Notes under the pieces: generated by a model
The model's database searches: none
The model's input: only the letters and a program-made list of their open reading frames with translations
Told to the model about the DNA's origin: nothing
Shown: piece by piece, positions 21,756 through 27,928 of the stretch
Position numbering within the stretch: position 1 is the first letter of the stretch
How the letters are laid out: every line of letters starts with the position of its first letter
Program-made: the position numbers and the translations under genes
Assembly: GCF_006345805.1 (NCBI RefSeq)
Contig: NW_021833520.1
Span: forward strand, 1 to 27,928
Length of the DNA: 27,928 bases
Direction: 5' to 3'
Origin: Octopus sinensis
Taxonomy: Eukaryota

Positions 21756-23036
21756 CGAGGGACGTTCAATAAGTAATGCCTCTGACCCACTTGCAGTTGT
21801 TTGATATAGCTGAAATTTTGCATGTGCAATCATTTATATCTCTATAGAGTAAGTGGCACTGAATTAATTGTGGTTTCTGATTTACAGGTGTTTGAACCGA
21901 GTCAAGTGTTAAATGGAGCCTGTTGAGTGTCGAGCAGTGATCCGGTTTTTGTATTTGAAAGGACGCACACCACGGGAGACTTTTGATCAAATGAAAGTAA
22001 CTTATGGTGATGATGCCCCATCATATGACCTTGTAAAACGCTGGCATCGTGAATTCAAACATGGTCGGAACTCTGTGGAAACAGCTCCCAGATCTGGTCG
22101 CCCCCTTCTGCCATTGATGAGGCATCTGTCCGTCAAGTTGAGGCTGCCATTTTGGAAGATCGACGCATAACTATTCGCCAAATAGCCCATGAGGTCAAAG
22201 TTAGTACCGGGTCTGTGGAAACTATCATTCATGACCATTTGCATATGCAATAGGTATCTGCCAGATGGATTCCCAGGTTGCTCACGCCTTTCCAGAAGCA
22301 AGAACGTGTCGAGTGCTCGAGGGTGAATTTGGAGATGTGCCAAGAAGATGAATCAAAATTTTTCAAAAGACTGATTACACAGGATGAAACCTGGGTCCAT
22401 CACGATGATCCAGAGACCAAAGCCCAGTCAATGCAGTGGAAGCACCGTGACTCACCCCCTCCAAAGAAGGCAAGGGTGCAGCCCTCCGCTGGCAAGGTCA
22501 TGCTCACAGTCTTCTGGGACCAGGACGGAGTAGTGATGACAGATTTCCTGGCAAAGGGTACCACAATTGCAGGAGCCTATTATGCTTCACTTTTTAGGAA
22601 ATTAAGAGAAGTTATCAAAATCAAGAGGCGGGGCAAGATCAGCAAAGGCATCCTCCTCCTGCAGGACAACGCTCCGGTCCACAACTCGCTTGTCGCCAGA
22701 TCAGAAGCACAGGCGTATGGCTATGAACTCCTCTCCCATCCTCCTACTTTCCTGACCTTGCACCCTCTGATTTTCACCTCTTCGCAGTCATGAAGTTGTT
22801 TTTGAAAGGAAAGCGTTTCCCAGATGATGCAGCCTTGATTTCTGAAGTCGCGTTCAGGTTGGAGGACCAAGCTGGGGTCTTCTATAAAAACGGTCTCCAG
22901 AGCTGCATCAAACAATGGGAGAAATGCGTAACTCTGGGTGGTTCCTATGTAGAAAAAGACTAATAACTGTGCCAAGTTTCGTTACTCTACTGCTATGGGA
23001 AGTGGGTCAGGGGCATTACTTATTGAACGCCCCTCG
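21756..23036 (+). mobile_element. Full-length mariner B (1281 bp, irritans/Hsmar2-like TIR start), TA target duplication
   Basis: TIRs CGAGGG(A/G)CGTTCAATAAGTAATGCC(T/C)CTGACCC at both ends; TA at 21754-21755 and 23037-23038. Confidence 0.97.
21913..22963 (+). pseudogene. Mariner DD34D transposase pseudogene
   Basis: WIPRLL, TQDETW, LQDNAP and PDLAPSDF motifs. Frameshift near 22105, TAG at 22251-22253, frameshift near 22744. Confidence 0.95.
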
Positions 23037-23407
23037 TACATGCATATATGGGTACAGGACACCAAAAAGACGTCGAACACAATGAGAAACGAAAACATAA
23101 ACACAAAACCAAGGAAATGGACATTTTTCTTGAACAACGAAAAAATAGAGTAAAGGACATACAAAACAAGGAAAATACCCCTTCTTCAGTCGCCATGGTT
23201 TCATCCACTCCGCGTTTACTCTATTTTTTCGTTGTTTAAGAAAAATGTCCATTTCCTTGGGTTTGTGTCTATGCTTTCGTTTCTCATTGTGTTCGACGTT
23301 TATTTTGGTGTCCTGTACCCATAAATGCATGTATATATACATGTAGAGGTAGGTACGTACATATATGTATGTATATATGCATATGTTTTATTTATTAATA
23401 TGTTATT

Positions 23408-23449
<42 letters not shown>

Positions 23450-23482
23450 ATATGCATATGTTTTATTTATTAATATGTTATT

Positions 23483-23516
<34 letters not shown>

Positions 23517-23560
23517 GTAAATAGTAAAGGATTATAAATATTGTGTGTATCATTGAGTTT

Positions 23561-23720
23561 GTTCCCCCTTCCCCCAATCACCATTCGACAACCGAAGGGC
23601 TTCCTTTAGTTTCCCTCTGCTAAATTCACAGGTATAATACAAGACACTTGCCTTAGGTGGTACAGAGAGGAACTGAACCCAGAACCATGTGTTTGGAAAG
23701 CACTTCTTAACACATGCCTT
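23561..23720 (-). mobile_element. Degenerate SINE family 1, 5' part
   Basis: gggcttcctttagtttcc...aagacacttgcc...gaactgaacccagaaccatgtg. Confidence 0.65.
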
Positions 23721-23800
23721 CATGTGCATATATATATATATACACACACACCCCATATATTTATACATAGATATATATACATATATATATGTATATATAG

Positions 23801-23836
<36 letters not shown>

Positions 23837-23845
23837 GTATGCATG

Positions 23846-24222
23846 TAGGAGTGGCTGTGTGGTAAGAAGCTTGCTTACCAACCAGATGGTTCCAGGATCA
23901 GTCCCACTGTGTAGCACCTTTGTCAAGTGTCTTCTACGATAGCCTTGGGCCAACCAAAGTATTGTAAGTGGATTTAGTAAACGGAAACTGAGAGAATCCT
24001 GTCGTGTATATATATATATATGTATGTATATATTTGTGTGTCTGTGTTTGTCTGCCCACCATCGCTTGACAACCGATGTTGGTGTGTTTATGTTCCCATA
24101 ACTTAGCAGTTTGGCAAAAGACACCGATAAATGAAATTCTGGAGCCAATTTGTTCAATTGAAGATGGTGCTCCGGCATGGCCGCAGTCAAATGGCTGAAA
24201 CAGATAAAAGAATAAATAAAAA
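23846..24222 (+). mobile_element. SINE family 1, near full length
   Basis: GGAGTGGCTGTGTGGTAAGAAGC head through the tail GGTGCTCCGGCATGGCCGCAGTCAAATGGCTGAAACAG. Confidence 0.85.
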
Positions 24223-24239
24223 AATCGCACACACGCACA

Positions 24240-24282
<43 letters not shown>

Positions 24283-24358
24283 CACACGTCAACGCACCCA
24301 CAGATGCAGTTTAACTCACACCACTGCTCCTCCCCTTCTCTTTTTTTCCTCTTTGAAG

Positions 24359-24436
24359 ATCTGAAGAATGGAACGGATTGAAAGAAGAAGAGAGAAAACG
24401 GATGAATCTGGAAGTGAAGGACGATGGAGAATTTTG
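24359..24436 (+). CDS. Calpain exon G: (S)SEEWNGLKEEERKRMNLEVKDDGEF(W)
   Basis: Polypyrimidine tract plus tttgaag acceptor, GTAAGG donor, 78 nt, phase 2 to 2. S.EW and DDGEFW motifs. Confidence 0.95.
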
Positions 24437-24487
24437 GTAAGGATTGGCTTCGTTCTCTTGTTGTTGCTGTTGTTCGTGTTGCCGTCG

Positions 24488-24504
24488 TTGCAGCAGCAGC
24501 AGTG

Positions 24505-24535
<31 letters not shown>

Positions 24536-24611
24536 TAGTAGTAGTAGTAGCAGTCGTAGTAGTCGTAGTAGTAGCAGCAGCAGTAGTAGTAGTAGTAGTA
24601 GTAGCAGCAGC

Positions 24612-24649
<38 letters not shown>

Positions 24650-24760
24650 CAGCAGCAGCAGCAGCAGTGATATTAGTAGTAGTAGCCTTAGTAGCAGCAG
24701 CCGCAGTAGTGGTAGTAGCAGTGATAGTAGTAGTAGTAGTAGTAGTAGTAGTAAGTAGTA
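24488..24760. repeat. (GTA)n/(GCA)n trinucleotide array in the intron between exons G and H
   Basis: Directly visible. Source of the poly-V, poly-S and poly-L pseudo-ORFs. Confidence 0.95.
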
Positions 24761-24960
24761 ATAGTTGAAGTTTTTACTACTGTTGTTGTTTGTGTTAATG
24801 ATGCATTTACTTGCCATTGTTGTTTTAAACCTTTGACTACTCCTCCAGAGCACCCCTCCTCTTCCCACCCCTCACCACCACTGATAAAGGCTCTCTCTTT
24901 CCCCCACCCTCCATTTCTCACTCACTCATTCTCTCTCTCTCTCTTTCTTTCTTTTCACAG

Positions 24961-25042
24961 GATGGACATCAATGATGTCGTGAAGCACTTCAGCTTCGTC
25001 GACATGTGCCACATGGATCCGTTTGCAATAACAAGCTTTGAG
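24961..25042 (+). CDS. Calpain exon H (end of CysPc): (W)MDINDVVKHFSFVDMCHMDPFAITSFE
   Basis: ttttcacag acceptor, GTCAGT donor, 82 nt, phase 2 to 0. Matches WM...DF...F..L.IC.L.P. Confidence 0.9.
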
Positions 25043-25176
25043 GTCAGTCACATATAACTAACAACATACACATACATACATACCTCCTGTGTGACCCCTC
25101 TGTCCGACATTCGCCACGATTGATCGCTAGCCACTAAACCTTATTCTATTTTCTCTCCCTGTTTATTTCTGTGTTC

Positions 25177-25212
25177 CTTTCTGTCGAAGAGCGTAGGCTC
25201 GAAACGTAAAAG
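25177..25212 (+). ncRNA. Minimal hammerhead-like motif with a core substitution
   Basis: CTTT-CTGTCGA-A-GAGC-GTAG-GCTC-GAAA-CGT-A-AAAG. A6 is replaced by T, so it is probably inactive. Confidence 0.45.
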
Positions 25213-25299
25213 ACTTTTACACTTCCCGAGCGTTAAACTAATACATCTGTTTGTTGTCTACACCACCTGTCTTCGTCTACAATGGAAATTGTAGTTGTG

Positions 25300-25625
25300 A
25301 TACCTGTGCCGGGTGCACGTAAAAAGTACCACCCGAATGTAGCTGATGCCAGCGCCGCCTTGACTGGCTTCTGTGCCGGTGGCACATAAAAAGCACCAAC
25401 CGATTGTGGATGCTGCCAGCCTCCCCTGGCACCTGTGCCGGTGGCACGTAAAAAGCACCCACTACATTCTCGGAGTGGTTGGCGTTAGGAAGGGCATCCA
25501 GCTGTAGAAACACTGCCAGATCAGACTGAAGCCTGTTGCTGCTTCCTGGCTTCCCAGACCCCGGTCGAACCGTCCAACCCATGCTAGCATGGAAAACGGA
25601 CGTTAGACGATGATGATGAAAATGA
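25300..25625 (+). mobile_element. RTE-3'UTR-derived repeat with three GTGCCGGTGGCAC units and a (GAT)n tail
   Basis: Three tgtgccgg(t)ggcac(g/a)taaaaag(c/t)acc units, then ggcgttaggaagggcatcc, ending gacgttagacgatgatgatga. Homologous to 27175-27375 (-). Confidence 0.75.
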
Positions 25626-25795
25626 TGATGATGTGTGCTCGTTCGGCAAGATCTTTAGAGATACCTCCCAATGCACCTATAACACCTGGCATACTTTTTA
25701 CCCCTACATCCTATAGTCTCAGTAATTCAATAGCTAAATTCTGACACTTCGCTATTTTTCTATACCGCTCATATTTATTTCTTCGTCTTCATCAT

Positions 25796-25854
<59 letters not shown>

Positions 25855-25880
25855 TTATTATTATTATTATTATTATTATT

Positions 25881-26436
25881 GAGTGAGAGAGCAGTGCATG
25901 CCATCAAAGTGACACTGGGTTACAAATATACGAAACCCAGTATACCCATCATGACTACCCACCTGATGAGGGTACACCAGGCACATACATCACAACCATA
26001 TGTGCGCGACATGATGATCTCATATCAAGATAAACAGCACATGACCTTGCAGGTGGGGGCCCAGTTAGAATTTTCTTCTGGTCGAGTAGCCCATCCCGCT
26101 GAAAAGGTCCATGAATACAGGTTGTTTAAGGATGTTGAACAAACCACCCCTGTTTCCGGAGGTGAATTATTCAAACCCCAAAGAGTCCCTCTCAACACAT
26201 TGTTATGATGCTCCCCCACTACTTCTGCTCGTGATCAGAGATGCACATATCGTCAGCCACTAAGGGACATGCTCAACTGGTTAAGGTCAAACAACTGACA
26301 AGCAAATCTGTGGTATTGAGCAGAATATTTGCTGTAGCCCATCTTTTATACCAAGACAAAACAATGTACATGATAATACTTCTAATCAGTTAAGATCAGA
26401 AGCCATGAGAGCCACTGCCTGGTACTGCATCGGGGC

Positions 26437-26440
<4 letters not shown>
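25881..26440. mobile_element. 550-bp non-coding element embedded in (TAT)n, copy 2
   Basis: Co-terminal with and highly similar to 14250-14799. Confidence 0.9.
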
Positions 26441-26488
<48 letters not shown>

Positions 26489-26489
26489 A

Positions 26490-26712
26490 AGTTGGCGGAC
26501 CAACAGAATCGTTAGCACGCCAGGTGCAATGCTTAACAGTATTTCGTCTGTCACTACGTTCTGGGTTCAAACTCTGCCGAGATAGATTTTTCCTTTCATC
26601 ATTTCATGGTCAATAAATTAAGTAACAGTGAAATACTGGGGCCATTGCATTCGACTAGTCCCCTTCCCCACAAAAATTTCAGGCATTGTGCAAGAATTTG
26701 AAATCATTATTA
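26490..26712 (+). mobile_element. SINE family 2, near full length
   Basis: cagaatcgttagcacgcc...gggttcaaactctgccga...ctttcatcatttc..gtcaataaattaagta, with a tail ending tcattattat. Confidence 0.7.
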
Positions 26713-26790
26713 TCGTTGCTGTTGTTGTTGTTGTTGTTGTTGTTGTTGTGTCTGTTCTCATGGTTGTTGTTGTTGTTGTTGCATTGACAG

Positions 26791-26890
26791 GAAACAGCGG
26801 AGAAACCATCAGCAAGGAAATGGCACACATTCCGGGCAGATGGCCAATGGCTCAAGAAGATCACATCCGGTGGTAGCGACAATTCTGAAG
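26791..26890 (+). CDS. Calpain exon I (start of domain III/CBSW): ETAEKPSARKWHTFRADGQWLKKITSGGSDNSE(G)
   Basis: ttgacag acceptor, GTGAGA donor, 100 nt, phase 0 to 1. W......G.W.....GG..N resembles the start of calpain domain III. No next exon seen in the window. Confidence 0.85.
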
Positions 26891-27015
26891 GTGAGACACC
26901 GTCTACCTTGGGTTACTTTATCTTGTTGTTGTTGTTGCTACTGCTGATACAACAGTCGGACTTTAAAACTGGTTTAGCCAATCATCATCATCATCATCAT
27001 TATCATCATCTAATA

Positions 27016-27150
27016 ATAATTATTATTTCTTTATTGCCCACAAGGGGCTAAATATAGAGGGGACAAACAAAGACAAACAAAGGGATTAAGTCGACTACAT
27101 CGACCCCAGTGCGTAACTGGTACTTTATTTATCGACCCCGAAAGGATGAA
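27016..27150 (-). mobile_element. SINE family 2, 3' half with an alternative tail
   Basis: Minus strand reads TTCATCCTTTCGGGGTCGATAAATAAAGTACCAG...TTGTCCCCTCTATATTTAGCCCCTTGTGGGCAATAAAGAAATAATAAT. Confidence 0.75.
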
Positions 27151-27174
27151 TAATAATTATTATTAATACAATCA

Positions 27175-27525
27175 GCATTTAATGTCTTCTTTTCACATTG
27201 GCATTCGTTGGACGGTTTGACTGCATTTGGTAAGGTCCAGAGGCTACACCAGGCTCTCTTTTCTGTTCTGGCATGGTTTCTATGGATGCCCTTCCTAATG
27301 CCAACCACTCCACAAAATGTACTGGTTGCTTTTTACGTGGCGCCTGCTTGAGTGCCCTTCATGTGACACCAGCACCGGCACCTATGGTGGTCAGGTCACC
27401 TTGAATACAGCAAAGCGCCCGATATCTTGGTCCTTAGTCATCTCCTTCATAGGGCTCTGTGCCGGGAGTTTGGCCCTCAACACCTCATGCCATGTCTTCC
27501 TGGGTTTCCCTTTTCCACACCACTT
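27175..27525 (-). mobile_element. Degenerate RTE LINE 3' end (ORF C-terminus plus 3' UTR)
   Basis: Minus strand gives G(K/R)PRKTWHEVLR...EMTKDQD..RFAV, followed by gccacgtaaaaagcaacc...ggcattaggaagggcatcc...aaccgtccaac. Confidence 0.65.
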
Positions 27526-27592
27526 CTATATACAACTGTCTGCATCCATGCGCATGCCCATATAAATATATATATATACATATACATCATCA

Positions 27593-27847
27593 TGATGTTG
27601 CTGCACATCGCTGGTCATAATGCGCTTCGCATTGTTTTAGCCTTCAAATGACGCCACCCCGCTGGCTAAGCAAGCAGGCCACCAGAAGAAAGAGTGAGAG
27701 AAAGCAGGGATCGCCATCACCCCCTGCTGGAGTCTCGTGGAGCTTTAGGTGTTTTCTCTCAATAAGCACTCCCATCGCCCGGCCTGGGAATCGAAACCGC
27801 GATCCTACGACCGCGAGTCCGCTGCCCTAAACAACTCGGCCTGCGCC
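27593..27847 (-). mobile_element. SINE family 3, copy 2
   Basis: Aligns to 11060-11340 with a short internal deletion; B box GGTTTCGATTCCC present. Confidence 0.85.
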
Positions 27848-27920
<73 letters not shown>

Positions 27921-27928
27921 TATATTAT

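Larger units (their letters stand above)
21675..23410. repeat. Foldback element (about 195-bp arms, 60-nt spacer) with the left arm split by mariner B
   Basis: 21675-21755 plus 23037-23154 form the reverse complement of 23215-23410. Confidence 0.9.

Noticed and set aside
23160-23214. CTGAAGA and GAAA on the minus strand of the foldback spacer
   Set aside because: Order and spacing leave no room for stem I, so no hammerhead topology fits.
24311-24868. Poly-L, poly-V and poly-S ORFs
   Set aside because: Translations of a (GTA/GCA)n microsatellite in the intron between exons G and H.

Overview
Eukaryotic, AT-rich genomic DNA dense in microsatellites and transposons. The SINE and microsatellite content points to an octopus (inference). 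The one host gene I can support is a + strand calpain (Ca2+-dependent cysteine protease). Nine GT-AG exons join in frame (4141-4207, 7825-7929, 9318-9477, 10806-10974, 15289-15372, 16087-16172, 24359-24436, 24961-25042, 26791-26890; 931 nt, about 310 aa). They encode most of the CysPc protease core, with an intact Cys/His/Asn triad, and the start of domain III (CBSW). The 5' and 3' exons lie outside the window. Most long entries in the ORF track are microsatellite artefacts. The introns hold several tRNA-derived SINE families, LINE fragments (RTE, L1/Tx1-like with an inverted ORF1, CR1/L2-like, Dong/R4-like), two dead mariners, a twice-present 550-bp element in (TAT)n tracts, five unrelated foldback elements and several Penelope-type hammerhead ribozyme motifs. 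The most notable points are: substitution of both glycines that normally line the calpain substrate cleft; a foldback carrying a hammerhead on each arm, on opposite strands; and SINE/LINE pairs sharing 3' tails within the window, one with a covarying hairpin. All alignments were done by eye; no database search was run.
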